Below, piece by piece: positions 37,312 to 48,071 of a DNA stretch of 64,000 bases. The DNA comes from Bacteroidota bacterium. Lineage in GTDB: Bacteria > Bacteroidota > Bacteroidia > AKYH767-A > OLB10. The notes under the pieces are model-generated. The model saw only the letters and a list, made by a program, of their open reading frames with translations, had not been told where the DNA came from and searched no databases. The position numbers and the translations under genes were made by a program. The number at the start of each line of letters is the position of its first letter. The stretch's first letter is position 1. The stretch spans positions 11,028-75,027 of the forward strand of contig JANXSD010000163.1 of assembly GCA_025352785.1 (NCBI GenBank), given 5' to 3'.

Positions 37312-38334
37312 ATGAAACAATTTTATTTTATTCTGCTAGTTTTAGTTTTTCCAACTCTCCTCTTCAGCAGCTGTTCAAATGATTTAGATGTATTAGATAA
37401 TTATAAAGAAATTCCCATTGTTTATGGCCTGGTTAATCCAAACCAAAATATTAATTACGTCAGGCTTGAAAAAGGGTATTTAGGTGTTGGAAATGCATTG
37501 GTGATGGCTCAGCAACACGATAGTATTTACTATGATACTTCTCAAGTTGACCTCCAACTCATTGCCTTGAAATCAGGTGTGGATTTTACTAGTTATAAAT
37601 TAACTCCCGTCTTCAATATATTTAAAGATCAAGGTCTCTTTACAGATGCCGACCATATTCTCTACCAATTAGTGATGAAAGATCAAAATGGCGATACAAT
37701 TAAACTTACATCAGGTATTGATTATAAATTGAAATTTACTAATAAAGTTACAGGCTTAATTGATACAGCCATCACTAAAATAATTGAACCTTTAACTGTT
37801 CAAAATTTTGGAACCTCCACTACTTTTCCTAAAATCAATTTAGCTGCAAAAGACCCCTATAAAATTAGGCTTTTTGCTAGTAAATATGCAAAAGTTTATG
37901 GGATGATCTTTCGCTTTAAGTATTATGAAAAAAATAATACTACTCAACTAATTACCGTCAAAACTCTCGATTATTACGTTAAAGATGTTGTTAGCCGAAC
38001 TATTACCGCCACCTCTGATATTGAATTTCCACTCGATGGGCAAACTATATTTCAATATTTAGGAGCAAATATCAAAACCGACCTTACCGTTTCAAGGTCT
38101 GTTAAAAGTTGCGACTTTGTATTAACTGCTGGCACGCAAGAATTTTATGATTATTACCAAATCAATAAACCTTCTAATACAGTAAATTATATTCCGGTTT
38201 TTTCAAATCTTAGCGTCGGAAAAGGAGTCTTTGCATGTAGAAATACTTCTTTGGTTAGCGATGTAATTTTTAATGATCTTACCCTCGACTCACTTTATAA
38301 CGGTAGCTACACGAAGCATATTTTCCAAAATTGA
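37312..38334 (+). CDS. hypothetical lipoprotein
   Basis: I start it at ATG 37312 (MKQFYFILLVLVFPTLLFSSC, lipobox-like). A perfect -7 box TATTTTTG at 37295..37302 lies downstream of the track's TTG 37273. Function unknown. Confidence 0.6.
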   Translation: MKQFYFILLVLVFPTLLFSSCSNDLDVLDNYKEIPIVYGLVNPNQNINYVRLEKGYLGVGNALVMAQQHDSIYYDTSQVDLQLIALKSGVDFTSYKLTPVFNIFKDQGLFTDADHILYQLVMKDQNGDTIKLTSGIDYKLKFTNKVTGLIDTAITKIIEPLTVQNFGTSTTFPKINLAAKDPYKIRLFASKYAKVYGMIFRFKYYEKNNTTQLITVKTLDYYVKDVVSRTITATSDIEFPLDGQTIFQYLGANIKTDLTVSRSVKSCDFVLTAGTQEFYDYYQINKPSNTVNYIPVFSNLSVGKGVFACRNTSLVSDVIFNDLTLDSLYNGSYTKHIFQN

Positions 38335-38476
38335 TTTTAATAGGTTTCTGTCTTTTTGGCAGAATGTCACCTTTTACTGGTTAGAATAGGCTCTATTCCT
38401 GTCAATCTATTCCTATTAATTCCCATGGCATACATGTTGAATAGCTCGTTTTAATTAAACGTAAAAAATAAAAATC

Positions 38477-40396
38477 ATGAGAAAAGTAATCGGAATCGAC
38501 CTAGGTACAACTAACTCTTGTGTTGCAGTTATGGAGGGAAGCGAAGCTGTGGTAATTCCCAATAGCGAAGGTCGTCGCACAACTCCATCAATGGTAGCTT
38601 TTATAAAGGATGGAGAACGTAAAGTTGGCGATCCAGCTAAACGCCAAGCTATAACAAATCCAAAACATACCATCGCTTCTATTAAACGCTTTATGGGCGA
38701 GTCATTTGATAAAGTATCAACTGAAATTTCACGTATGCCTTATGAAGTAGTTAAAGGCGATAACAATACTCCTCGCGTAAAAATTAACGACAGGATGTAC
38801 ACTCCTCAAGAGATTTCAGCAATCATCTTGCAAAAGATGAAAAAAACTGCTGAAGATTATTTAGGTTATGAAGTTTCGGAAGCTGTTGTTACAGTTCCTG
38901 CTTATTTTAATGATGCACAACGTCAGGCAACGAAAGAAGCAGGCGAAATAGCAGGATTAAAAGTATTACGTATCATCAACGAACCAACTGCTGCTGCATT
39001 AGCTTATGGTATGGATAAAAAACATACCGATACTAAAGTTGCAGTATTCGACTTAGGTGGTGGTACTTTCGATATCTCCGTTCTTGAATTAGGTGATGGA
39101 GTTTTCGAAGTGAAATCAACGAATGGTGATACTCATTTAGGTGGTGATGATTTTGATCAGGTAATCATTGATTGGTTAGCAGCTGAATTCAAAAACGATG
39201 AAGGTTTAGATCTACGTAAAGATCCAATGGCTATGCAACGTTTGAAAGAAGGTGCTGAGAAAGCAAAAGTTGAATTATCAAGTTCATCGCAAACAGAAAT
39301 CAATTTGCCATACATTATGCCTGTTGATGGAATTCCCAAACATCTTGTAAAAACATTAACACGTGCGAAGTTTGAACAATTAGCAAATACATTAATTCAA
39401 CGCACTCTGGAGCCTTGTAAAAAAGCGTTAGCTGATGCGAAACTTTCGCCTAATGATATTGATGAAGTAATTCTAGTTGGTGGTTCTACGCGAATCCCAG
39501 CTATTCAAGAATTAGTTGAAAAATTCTTCGGTAAAAAACCTTCTAAAGGAGTTAATCCTGATGAAGTGGTTGCGTTAGGTGCTGCAATTCAAGGAGCTGT
39601 TTTAACAGGAGAAGTGAAAGATGTATTGTTACTTGATGTAACTCCTCTTGCTCTAGGAATCGAAACGATGGGTGGTGTATTCACAAAATTAATTGAAGCA
39701 AACACAACAATTCCTTCTAAGAAATCAGAAACATTCTCAACAGCTTCCGACAATCAACCATCAGTAGAAATCCATATTCTACAAGGTGAACGTCCGATGG
39801 CAAAAGACAACAGAACAATTGGTCGCTTCCATTTAGATAGTATTCCACCAGCACCTCGTGGTGTTCCACAAGTTGAAGTTATATTCGACATTGATGCAAA
39901 TGGAATTCTACATGTTACTGCAAAAGATAAAGCAACTGGAAAGAGCCAAAATATTCGTATTGAAGCATCTTCTGGTTTAACAGATGAGGAAATCAAACGC
40001 ATGAAAAACGAAGCGGAAGTAAATGCTGAAACGGATCGAAAATCGAAAGAAGAAGTAGAAAAAATTAATGCTGCTGATTCAATGATCTTCAATACCGAAA
40101 AACAATTAAAAGAATTCGGCGATAAAATTCCTGCAGAGAAAAAAAATGCTATCGAAAATGCACTTACTCAATTGAAAGATGCACATGGCAAACGTGATGC
40201 AGCTGAAATTGAAACTGCAATGACGTCAATTAACGCAGCTTGGCAAGAAGCTTCCGAAGACATGTACAAAGCAAGTCAAGATGCAGGTGCTCCGCAAGGC
40301 GCTCCAACTTCAGAAGGTGGGGAACCACAGGCTAATGCAGAAGGTTCTGGAGTTACTGATGTTGAATTCGAAGAAGTAAAAGACGAAAAGAAATAA
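38477..40396 (+). CDS. dnaK: molecular chaperone DnaK (Hsp70)
   Basis: 639 aa. [34 protein letters not shown]. Confidence 0.99.
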   Translation: MRKVIGIDLGTTNSCVAVMEGSEAVVIPNSEGRRTTPSMVAFIKDGERKVGDPAKRQAITNPKHTIASIKRFMGESFDKVSTEISRMPYEVVKGDNNTPRVKINDRMYTPQEISAIILQKMKKTAEDYLGYEVSEAVVTVPAYFNDAQRQATKEAGEIAGLKVLRIINEPTAAALAYGMDKKHTDTKVAVFDLGGGTFDISVLELGDGVFEVKSTNGDTHLGGDDFDQVIIDWLAAEFKNDEGLDLRKDPMAMQRLKEGAEKAKVELSSSSQTEINLPYIMPVDGIPKHLVKTLTRAKFEQLANTLIQRTLEPCKKALADAKLSPNDIDEVILVGGSTRIPAIQELVEKFFGKKPSKGVNPDEVVALGAAIQGAVLTGEVKDVLLLDVTPLALGIETMGGVFTKLIEANTTIPSKKSETFSTASDNQPSVEIHILQGERPMAKDNRTIGRFHLDSIPPAPRGVPQVEVIFDIDANGILHVTAKDKATGKSQNIRIEASSGLTDEEIKRMKNEAEVNAETDRKSKEEVEKINAADSMIFNTEKQLKEFGDKIPAEKKNAIENALTQLKDAHGKRDAAEIETAMTSINAAWQEASEDMYKASQDAGAPQGAPTSEGGEPQANAEGSGVTDVEFEEVKDEKK

Positions 40397-40417
40397 GTAA
40401 TTATTCACACTAATATT

Positions 40418-40451
40418 AAAGAGGTTGCTTCAAAATAGCAGCCTCTTTTTT
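40418..40451 (+). terminator. rho-independent terminator after dnaK
   Basis: AAAGAGGTTGCT (40418..40429), loop, AGCAGCCTCTTT (40437..40448), followed by a T-run. Confidence 0.7.
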
Positions 40452-40625
40452 GTATTATGAAGCTTCAAAATAATTTGCTTTCTTTAAATTTAAAATTTTC
40501 GCACAAATGGCAATAATGTTACGCGTACACTTGGTTTTAATATTCTCACGAAAAAAATTGTAACTTCTCAAACTTAGCTAAGAAAAAAATTAAAGTATAA
40601 AATGTAGTGAGGTATGAAACGAATG

Positions 40626-41753
40626 CTATAAAAAATTCAATCTCGCCATAAATACTTCCTTATATGATTTACCAATAGGAATTGTTTTATCACCAATTAA
40701 AACGGTATTTTCATCTAATACATTTATCTTTTCGATAGGAATAATATACGAACGATGAACTCGAAGGAAACGATGTGTTGGTAATTTATTCTCTATATCT
40801 TTCATCGTAGAATGAATTACAAATTGATCTGCGTTCGTTTGAATAATCACATAATTATCCATTGCTTGAATCCATTGGATATTATCTAAATATACTTTCA
40901 CTAACATAGATCCTTTCTTAACGAAAAAGGAATTTTGTATAACTTGATTATCGAGAAACGCCATTTGTGAAACCGCCTCTGTTCGCTCTACTCCGGTCGA
41001 TTGCTTTTCGTCTAACACTAATGCAGCTCCTAAATATTGATTTTTTTCATCATGAACTGGGGATGCGGTTAATGACAACGCCACGCTCGTATTGTCACGT
41101 TTTAATATTAAATGACAATCTTCAATTACAATCGGTTCATCTTTACGCATTGAATTAAGTAATGCATCTTTTTTTATCTGCACACCTCCTTCCTGTTCAA
41201 TCGAAAACAGCTGGAATAAATCTAAACCAATTGCTGAACTATTACCATATCCTAATAACGTTTCAGCCCTTTCATTCAAATAGGAAATTCTTCCTTCAAT
41301 ATCAGTAATAATAATTGATTCTTCAACCTTTGCTAACGCATTCGCTAAACGTTGTTCGCTATCTCTAACTTCACGATCACGACTAAATTTAAAAAGTGCC
41401 ATTTCAACAGTAGTCTTTAGATCAGACTCATTAAAAGGCTTAACTATATATCCGTAAGGCTCGGTAACTTTTGCACGATCCAAGGTTTCTTGATCTACGT
41501 ATGATGTTAAGAAAATAACAGGGATATTATATTTTTCTTTGATATGTTCTGCAATATGAATTCCATCTTCTTCTCCTTTTAATTTTATATCAAGAAAAAC
41601 AAGTTGTGGTTGAATCTGCTCCAATTTCTCATACGCAGAAGCAGCAGAGGAAGCTGTTGAAGGAACATCATAACCCAATTTAATTAAGGTATTTTGAATA
41701 TCTTTAGCTACTATACTTTCATCTTCAACTACTAATATTCGCGTTTTACTCAT
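40626..41753 (-). CDS. response regulator, REC-PAS-LytTR architecture
   Basis: 375 aa. N-terminal receiver (ILVVEDE..., phospho-acceptor region VFLDIKL), a central PAS-like segment, and a C-terminal LytTR domain (IQWIQAMDNYVIIQT..FLRVHRSYIIPIEKI). Confidence 0.88.
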   Translation of the reverse strand: MSKTRILVVEDESIVAKDIQNTLIKLGYDVPSTASSAASAYEKLEQIQPQLVFLDIKLKGEEDGIHIAEHIKEKYNIPVIFLTSYVDQETLDRAKVTEPYGYIVKPFNESDLKTTVEMALFKFSRDREVRDSEQRLANALAKVEESIIITDIEGRISYLNERAETLLGYGNSSAIGLDLFQLFSIEQEGGVQIKKDALLNSMRKDEPIVIEDCHLILKRDNTSVALSLTASPVHDEKNQYLGAALVLDEKQSTGVERTEAVSQMAFLDNQVIQNSFFVKKGSMLVKVYLDNIQWIQAMDNYVIIQTNADQFVIHSTMKDIENKLPTHRFLRVHRSYIIPIEKINVLDENTVLIGDKTIPIGKSYKEVFMARLNFL

Positions 41754-41765
41754 GGTTAATTTTTC

Positions 41766-44700
41766 TTAGATAATACGTTTAAAATCTATTATGTATTTCA
41801 CACCTTCATTAAGTGCCCCTTCCATTCTCATTGTCCCTTCTAATTGATCCGTTAGTGCTTGAATCAATTGTATTCCTAGCGAGTCAGAACTTTCAACATT
41901 GAATCCTATAGGCATTCCAACACCATTATCATCAATTGACATTCTGAAATTATTCTCTGTAGTTTGAATTAGGTCGATAGTAATGATTCCCTTCTGACCC
42001 TCCTTAAACGCATGTTTCAGCGAATTAGATACGATTTCGTTAATAATTAGCCCACAAGGGACAGCTGTATCAATATCCAAAGATATTCTCTCTGCATTGA
42101 TTTTCAAAATTACATCATCTCGATTAACTTTAAACGACTGAAAAAGATTGTCCGCTAATCGTTTTATATAATCATCGAAATCGATTTGCGACAACCCATC
42201 TGTTTGGTAAAAACGCTCATGAATTAGTGCCATACTTTTAATCCTATCTTGACCTTCTTTTAAAGCCTTGTATGCTGATTCATCTTGTACATAACTTGTT
42301 TGAAGATTAAAAAGACTTATTATAATCTGCAAATTATTTTTTACTCGATGATGAATTTCTCGAAGTAATACTCCCTTTTCTTCTAAAGCTGTTCGGATCT
42401 GTTCTTCCATTTTCTTTCGAAGAGTGATATCGGTATCTATCACGACTATATTTTTCAGCAAACCTTTTTCATTGAGAATCGGTGTTAATGTAGAGGACGC
42501 CCATCGCTTTTCACCTTCTTTAGTTTCCACTTCTGATTCATAAATAAATGATTGCTTTTCCTTAATACAGTCATCGATATGATCAACAACAAACTGATTT
42601 GTACTTAAATCACTTAAGTGTGTTCCTTTTCTTTTCCGAACCTCATCGAGGGTATAACCTGTGAGTTTTGTATACCCCGTATTCACCCATTCTAATTCAA
42701 GAAATTCATCGAAAATCATTACAGCATTATCTGTTTCGGATGCCACTAATGAAAGCTTTGCTAGTTCCAAATTTTTCTCGCTCAACTCTTTTGTACGTGC
42801 CTCCACTTTTCGCCTCAAAAGTTCCGAACTTCTTCTTAAATTCCTAGTACGCATCCTGTACGAAAGCAAAATGGATCCCGCACCAATTACGATATACATC
42901 AGATAAAAAAATGGTGTTTTCCATATAGGAGGTCGGATCGTGAAATTATAGGTTAGTGGTACACTCCAATCGCGACTATTAACAGTTGCTTGCACTTTGA
43001 AAACATAAGATCCAGGAGGAATATTAGAATAACTAGAGATGTTTAATTTAGATGCTGGAGACCACGAGTCATCAAATCCTTCGAGCATAAAGCGGAATTG
43101 TACATCTTCTGGTGTAGTTAAATAAATTCCACTACAAATAAAACTAAGATGGTTATTATTATACGGGAGAACTAATTTTATTGGTAATCCAGTATGAATA
43201 TCAATATTTATTCTGCTTTTCGACCAATTAACATTTTCTAGAAACAATTGAATATTATTAATTGAAACTAGAGGTAAAGTTTGCTTTGTTGCCTCAGAGG
43301 TAGGATTATAACGAATTGCGCCATTTACTGTAGCAAACCAAATATTGCCTAATGAATCTTCACTTGCAGCATTACTTTCTACACCTAAAAATCCATTACT
43401 TTTATCATAATGAACATTTTTAAGGATGCCCGTTTGAATGTATTCATCCCAATTAATACAATCTAATCCATCTGGAGTGCCAAGCCATAACATGTTTCTA
43501 CTATCGACATAATTAAATAATAGCCGTTCATTAAAAAGCCCATTTTTTTTGTTAATGATAGTTACTGGATTTGCTTTTAAAGTGGGATTATATCTAATAA
43601 TGCCAAAATCATACGTGCTAATTAAAATATTGCCATAATGATCATTGATAATAGAAGTTATAGGGGCTTTTGGTAATTTGAATTCTTCGTTTAAACTAAT
43701 AGCTTTATTCTCATCAAGGTAATAAACTCCCTTTAAAGTTCCGATCCATATTTTCCCTTGAGGATCTTCAATTAATACACGAACTTTATCATTAGATAAA
43801 CCTTGATTAATACCAATTTGCGAAAAAATGCCCTTGTCAAAACAATAAATTCCTTTATCAGTACCAAAATACAATTTTCTGTTTTTATCTTGAAGGATTG
43901 CATAGATTATTTGGTTTTGCATATTAGGAAAAGGGTGCTCTACATTTTCACGAGCAAAGTTGTATCTTGCTGGACCATTAGTTGTCCCAAACCAATAATT
44001 CGAATCTTTGTCCTGGTAGATACACCAAATTGTATTGCTTTTAAGTCCGTTTTCAGTACTTAACTTGCTATAACTTTTTCCATTAAAGATATTTACTCCA
44101 CCAGCTAAAGTACCAAACCAAGTATTATTATGCTGGTCAGTATAGATACTTAAAATGTTGTTATTTGATAAACCATCTTCTACAGTATAAGTTGTAAATC
44201 GGTCTCCATTGTACTTATAAACCCCATTCAATGTGCCGATCCAAAAATTACCTTCCCTATCTTCAGTAACTGTTTTTATAATATTACTATTTACGCCACC
44301 TTGTAATTGAATTCCAACAATAGTATCCTTAAATAATTTGCCAATTCCTCCACCATAAGTTCCTAGCCATACATTATTATTCCTATCTATTTCTAAATCT
44401 TCAACTCTTTCATTAGGAATACCATTTGCTAAAGTGAAATTTTTAAAAAATTTTCCATCAAAGCAACTTATTCCTTCGTAAGTGCCAAACCAAATTTTAC
44501 CATCTTTCGATTCTTGAATTCGATATACAATATTGCTTACAAGTCCTTGATCAATTGTATAGTTTTGGAATTTCTTTCCATCAAATTTGCTCACGCCTCC
44601 AATTGTTGCAATCCATAAATTACCATTTTTATCAAAATGAAGATCAAAAATATTGTTATTGATTAACCCATTTGTTGTTGTATAATTTACAAAACTCTTC

Positions 44701-45224
44701 CCATCATAACGGCTAAGGCCTTCGGAGGTGCCAACCCAAATGACTCCATTATTATCTTCGCAAACAGCATTTACGATATCACTTAAAAGACCATCATTTG
44801 CTGTATAGTTGAAGAAACTAGTCCCTGTGTATTTTACTAATCCTTTTCGAATAGTACCAAACCAAAGATTTCCCGATTTATCTTCAAAAACTGTTTTCAC
44901 TGGATTGGTTGTCAATATATTATCTTCCGAAAAAGGCGTAAAAACCTTGCCATCAAATCGTACAACGCCATTCATTGTGCAAATCCAAAGTTTACCGTAA
45001 CGATCTTGAATAATTTTGTTTACTTGATTTCCAGGTAATCCTTGAGTTGTTGTATAATTGGAAAAATTAAACCGTTGAGCGCCTGCCTGCCACGACAGAA
45101 CAAGAATAATAAAAAGTAATAATAATCGGTTTTTCACAGAATGATAGAATCTTCTAAATTGGATTTGCCAAATATCGGTAATGTTGGCACGCAATTTTAC
45201 ATTATTTTTCGCATTTAAATTCAT
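41766..45224 (-). CDS. sensor histidine kinase with periplasmic two-component-regulator propeller + Y_Y_Y domain, PAS and HisKA_2-type kinase core
   Basis: 1152 aa. It has many G.LW.GT..GL..YDG propeller repeats, Y_Y_Y-like FRFMLEGFDDSWSP...GSYVFKVQA, one TM helix (FFYLMYIVIGAGSILLSY), a PAS segment, an H-box EIHHRVKNNLQIIISLFNLQ, and an ATPase block DDNGVGMP. It ends 12 nt upstream of the response regulator. Confidence 0.88.
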   Translation of the reverse strand: MNLNAKNNVKLRANITDIWQIQFRRFYHSVKNRLLLLFIILVLSWQAGAQRFNFSNYTTTQGLPGNQVNKIIQDRYGKLWICTMNGVVRFDGKVFTPFSEDNILTTNPVKTVFEDKSGNLWFGTIRKGLVKYTGTSFFNYTANDGLLSDIVNAVCEDNNGVIWVGTSEGLSRYDGKSFVNYTTTNGLINNNIFDLHFDKNGNLWIATIGGVSKFDGKKFQNYTIDQGLVSNIVYRIQESKDGKIWFGTYEGISCFDGKFFKNFTLANGIPNERVEDLEIDRNNNVWLGTYGGGIGKLFKDTIVGIQLQGGVNSNIIKTVTEDREGNFWIGTLNGVYKYNGDRFTTYTVEDGLSNNNILSIYTDQHNNTWFGTLAGGVNIFNGKSYSKLSTENGLKSNTIWCIYQDKDSNYWFGTTNGPARYNFARENVEHPFPNMQNQIIYAILQDKNRKLYFGTDKGIYCFDKGIFSQIGINQGLSNDKVRVLIEDPQGKIWIGTLKGVYYLDENKAISLNEEFKLPKAPITSIINDHYGNILISTYDFGIIRYNPTLKANPVTIINKKNGLFNERLLFNYVDSRNMLWLGTPDGLDCINWDEYIQTGILKNVHYDKSNGFLGVESNAASEDSLGNIWFATVNGAIRYNPTSEATKQTLPLVSINNIQLFLENVNWSKSRINIDIHTGLPIKLVLPYNNNHLSFICSGIYLTTPEDVQFRFMLEGFDDSWSPASKLNISSYSNIPPGSYVFKVQATVNSRDWSVPLTYNFTIRPPIWKTPFFYLMYIVIGAGSILLSYRMRTRNLRRSSELLRRKVEARTKELSEKNLELAKLSLVASETDNAVMIFDEFLELEWVNTGYTKLTGYTLDEVRKRKGTHLSDLSTNQFVVDHIDDCIKEKQSFIYESEVETKEGEKRWASSTLTPILNEKGLLKNIVVIDTDITLRKKMEEQIRTALEEKGVLLREIHHRVKNNLQIIISLFNLQTSYVQDESAYKALKEGQDRIKSMALIHERFYQTDGLSQIDFDDYIKRLADNLFQSFKVNRDDVILKINAERISLDIDTAVPCGLIINEIVSNSLKHAFKEGQKGIITIDLIQTTENNFRMSIDDNGVGMPIGFNVESSDSLGIQLIQALTDQLEGTMRMEGALNEGVKYIIDFKRII

Positions 45225-45291
45225 TAATAAATAAGGTTAAAAAAAATAAAATAATCTATCATTTCTTAGTGCTGCAATGGTTTCAAAGCAT

Positions 45292-45299
45292 TATCTTTG
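45292..45299 (+). promoter_or_regulatory. -7 box TATCTTTG for the T9SS cargo gene
   Basis: Perfect TAnnTTTG match 40 nt upstream of ATG 45340 and downstream of the track's ATG 45277. This supports the shorter gene model, which begins with a signal peptide. Confidence 0.45.
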
Positions 45300-45339
45300 T
45301 TTAAATATCCATAAAAGTAAAACCATAAATAATCTAAAT

Positions 45340-46734
45340 ATGAAACAAACCTTTACAAACACAGTATGGAAGTACTTATTGGTAGTGCTTTTCATTAGCT
45401 CAGGTGTTTCGGCACAAGCTCAAACTCCAAGTGTTGCAATTGTCCCTTCGGGACCGATAGTATGTGCTGGAACAAAATTAGATGCAATAACAACTAACTT
45501 GGTTGGACCTTATTCTTATTTGTGGAATACTGGTGCAACTACTTCGTCAATTGTTGTAACTCAAACTGGATTTTATCGTGTTTCAGTTTTGGGAACTTTC
45601 AATGGCAGTATCAGAAAAGTGCGAAGTAACTGGGTTCCATTATTCGTTATTCCATTAACAAATGCTTCAATAGCAGCTAATGGATCTACAAATCTTTGCC
45701 CTGGCGAAAATGTAATATTGACTGCTAATGGAGGACAATTCTTTAGCAACTATTCATGGAGCAATGGTTCTTCTAACCATAATATTACTGTAAATTCTAC
45801 AGGGGATTATTCTGTAACTATATCAAATAATTTTGGTAGTTGTAACACTAGTACAACTGCAACAATCCACGTTCAATCATTTGATTCAAGCTACATCCCG
45901 AACATTAATGCAGTGGGTCCAATTACAGTTTGTAAACCAGGTTACGTACATTTAACTGCTGATTCTGGTTTCACAGGTTACTCATGGTCTACAGGTGCTA
46001 CTACACAAAATGTTAACATTTTAATGGATGGCCTACAACAAGGTCCAGTTCTAGATACATTAACTGTTTATTTAACAGTTCAATTAAATAATTCTTGTGA
46101 GTTTACAAATCCAAATGGAATTGTTGTTCGCTCAATTCGTGAGCCTAAATTAACTACTGCTTCTTGTGGTAAATTAAATTATACTTCAACGGATAGTATA
46201 CACAGTGAAGTAGTTTTAACTTATTTGAATTTCGTGCCTCAATACGAATTTGAATTTGAAGAAACTACTCAACCTGGAATTACTTGGACGTATCTGTCAA
46301 ATACACGTTGGGCAAATTTTGCAAACGTAACTCCAGCATTACAACCAGGATCATTCTACAATGTTCGTGTTCGTGCTGTAATTGGCGGAACACCATATTG
46401 CTATGGTAATGTATGTCAGATTGGTTTAACTCCACTCAGATTATCAAATGTAAATGCTACTCAAGCTATTCGTACTGATGGAACTTCTTTAGATGCAACG
46501 GTATTCCCAAATCCATCTTCTGAATCATTTAAATTGGTAATTCACAACTTAAATGCTGATCAAGCTACTTCAGTTCGTGTATCTGATGTATCTGGACGTT
46601 TAGTTCACGAATATCAATATGATACCACATCTGAATCACTACAATTTGGTCAAGAATTAAGTAATGGAATTTATTTCGTTACTGTTGAACAAGGTGATGC
46701 TAAATCAGTAACACGTGTTGTTAAAACAAATTAA
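45340..46734 (+). CDS. secreted Ig-like-repeat protein with T9SS type A C-terminal sorting domain
   Basis: It starts MKQTFTNTVWKYLLVVLFISSGVSAQAQ. Repeated C.G....L.A.....Y.WS.G.T...I modules. The CTD is VFPNPSSESFKLVIHNL...VSDVSGRLV...LSNGIYFVTVEQGDAKSVTRVVKTN. Confidence 0.85.
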   Translation: MKQTFTNTVWKYLLVVLFISSGVSAQAQTPSVAIVPSGPIVCAGTKLDAITTNLVGPYSYLWNTGATTSSIVVTQTGFYRVSVLGTFNGSIRKVRSNWVPLFVIPLTNASIAANGSTNLCPGENVILTANGGQFFSNYSWSNGSSNHNITVNSTGDYSVTISNNFGSCNTSTTATIHVQSFDSSYIPNINAVGPITVCKPGYVHLTADSGFTGYSWSTGATTQNVNILMDGLQQGPVLDTLTVYLTVQLNNSCEFTNPNGIVVRSIREPKLTTASCGKLNYTSTDSIHSEVVLTYLNFVPQYEFEFEETTQPGITWTYLSNTRWANFANVTPALQPGSFYNVRVRAVIGGTPYCYGNVCQIGLTPLRLSNVNATQAIRTDGTSLDATVFPNPSSESFKLVIHNLNADQATSVRVSDVSGRLVHEYQYDTTSESLQFGQELSNGIYFVTVEQGDAKSVTRVVKTN

Positions 46735-46767
46735 TTTAACTTAAAGGTTATAAACCACTGCTTGCAC

Positions 46768-46799
46768 AAAAAGAGCTCCGTAAATCGGGGCTCTTTTTG
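46768..46799 (+). terminator. rho-independent terminator after the T9SS cargo gene
   Basis: AAAAAGAGCTCCG, TAAAT, CGGGGCTCTTTTT. The stem has one bulge or mismatch and is followed by Ts. Confidence 0.65.
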
Positions 46800-46850
46800 T
46801 TTTACAGCTATTCGCAATCGTATTTTCTCTACGAACAAAAACTACATATC

Positions 46851-47249
46851 ATGGAGCACTCAATTCAAGTTGTGGCAGGAATTATTTATGATACAGATAA
46901 TAAAAAAATACTGATAGCAAGAAAAAAATTAGGTCTCCCACGTGGTGGATTATGGGAATTTCCAGGAGGTAAAGTTGAAGAAAATGAAAGCTATGAAATG
47001 GCTTTAAAAAGAGAGTTGAGAGAAGAATTAAATATTGAAATTAATTCTATTCGCTCCTATTTAATTACACATCACATTTCAAATGGAATACTCATTCAAT
47101 TACATTCATTTCGGTGCAATTATCATTCTGGCGAAATAATTTTAAAAGATCATGATGAAGTAAAATGGGTAGAAAAGTCGGAATTGTCATCGCATAATTT
47201 TTTGCTAACGGATTTCGGTATTGTCGAAAAACTATTCACAAGAATTTAA
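46851..47249 (+). CDS. NUDIX hydrolase (MutT-like nucleoside triphosphate pyrophosphohydrolase)
   Basis: I start it at ATG 46851 (MEHSIQVVAGIIYD), because the track's upstream start overlaps the terminator. The Nudix box is GLWEFPGGKVEENESYEMALKRELREELNI. Confidence 0.88.
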   Translation: MEHSIQVVAGIIYDTDNKKILIARKKLGLPRGGLWEFPGGKVEENESYEMALKRELREELNIEINSIRSYLITHHISNGILIQLHSFRCNYHSGEIILKDHDEVKWVEKSELSSHNFLLTDFGIVEKLFTRI

Positions 47250-47261
47250 GTAATCACAAAA

Positions 47262-48071
47262 TTATTTTGCAATTAATTCTCTAATAAGTGCAGTCATTTT
47301 AATTTCTGCAGCCTGAGCCACCTTTAAAACTTCTTCATGTGTAATTATCTGAACATCTTCTAATCCTCCCATATCTGTAATGATAGAAATTGCAAACACT
47401 GGCAAACCCATGTGACGCGCAACTATTACCTCAGGAATTGTAGACATTCCTACACAATCAGCACCAATAGTACGAATGTATTTATATTCTGCTCGCGTTT
47501 CATAAGTTGGTCCTGTTACGGCTGCATAAACACCTATATGACAACGATAATTTTTTGCTATTGCAATCTCTATAGCGGCCTTAACCAAGGTTGGATCATA
47601 AGGAGCACTCATATCTGGAAATCGTGGTCCTAACTCATCATTATTAGGTCCAATCAGTGGATTAGTACCCATTAAGTTAATATGATCATCGATAATCATT
47701 AAATCACCAACTTGATAATTCGGATTCATGCCTCCACTTGCATTAGATAAAAACAAACGATTGATGCCTAAATATTTTAATACGCGAATAGGAAATGCAA
47801 CATCTTGCATTGAATATCCTTCATAAAAATGAAATCGTCCTTGCATAACTGCAACTTTTACTCCATTTAATTTTCCAAGCAGTAATTTGCTACCATGCCC
47901 ATGCACTGTAGAAACTGGAAAATTAGGAATATCGCTGTAAGACAATGTATGTTCAACTTCAACTTCTTTCACTAATCCACCCAAACCAGATCCTAAAACA
48001 ATTCCGACTTCTGGGGTAAATCCAGTTTTTGACTGTATATAATCAACAGTAGCTTTAATTCGATTCAACAT
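47262..48071 (-). CDS. purine nucleoside phosphorylase (PNP/PunA family)
   Basis: 269 aa. IVLGSGLGG, HGHGSKLLLGKL, GRFHFYEGY, VGMSTIPE. It overlaps the lpxK 3' end by 17 nt. Confidence 0.92.
   Translation of the reverse strand: MLNRIKATVDYIQSKTGFTPEVGIVLGSGLGGLVKEVEVEHTLSYSDIPNFPVSTVHGHGSKLLLGKLNGVKVAVMQGRFHFYEGYSMQDVAFPIRVLKYLGINRLFLSNASGGMNPNYQVGDLMIIDDHINLMGTNPLIGPNNDELGPRFPDMSAPYDPTLVKAAIEIAIAKNYRCHIGVYAAVTGPTYETRAEYKYIRTIGADCVGMSTIPEVIVARHMGLPVFAISIITDMGGLEDVQIITHEEVLKVAQAAEIKMTALIRELIAK

Noticed and set aside
45249-45335. Direct repeat AAATAATCTA occurring twice, about 77 nt apart, in the sensor-kinase / T9SS-gene intergenic region, considered as a LytTR binding site
   Set aside because: It is a 10-nt AT-only repeat in AT-rich DNA, and the spacing is far larger than the roughly 12-13 nt typical of LytTR direct repeats. 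This is insufficient evidence.
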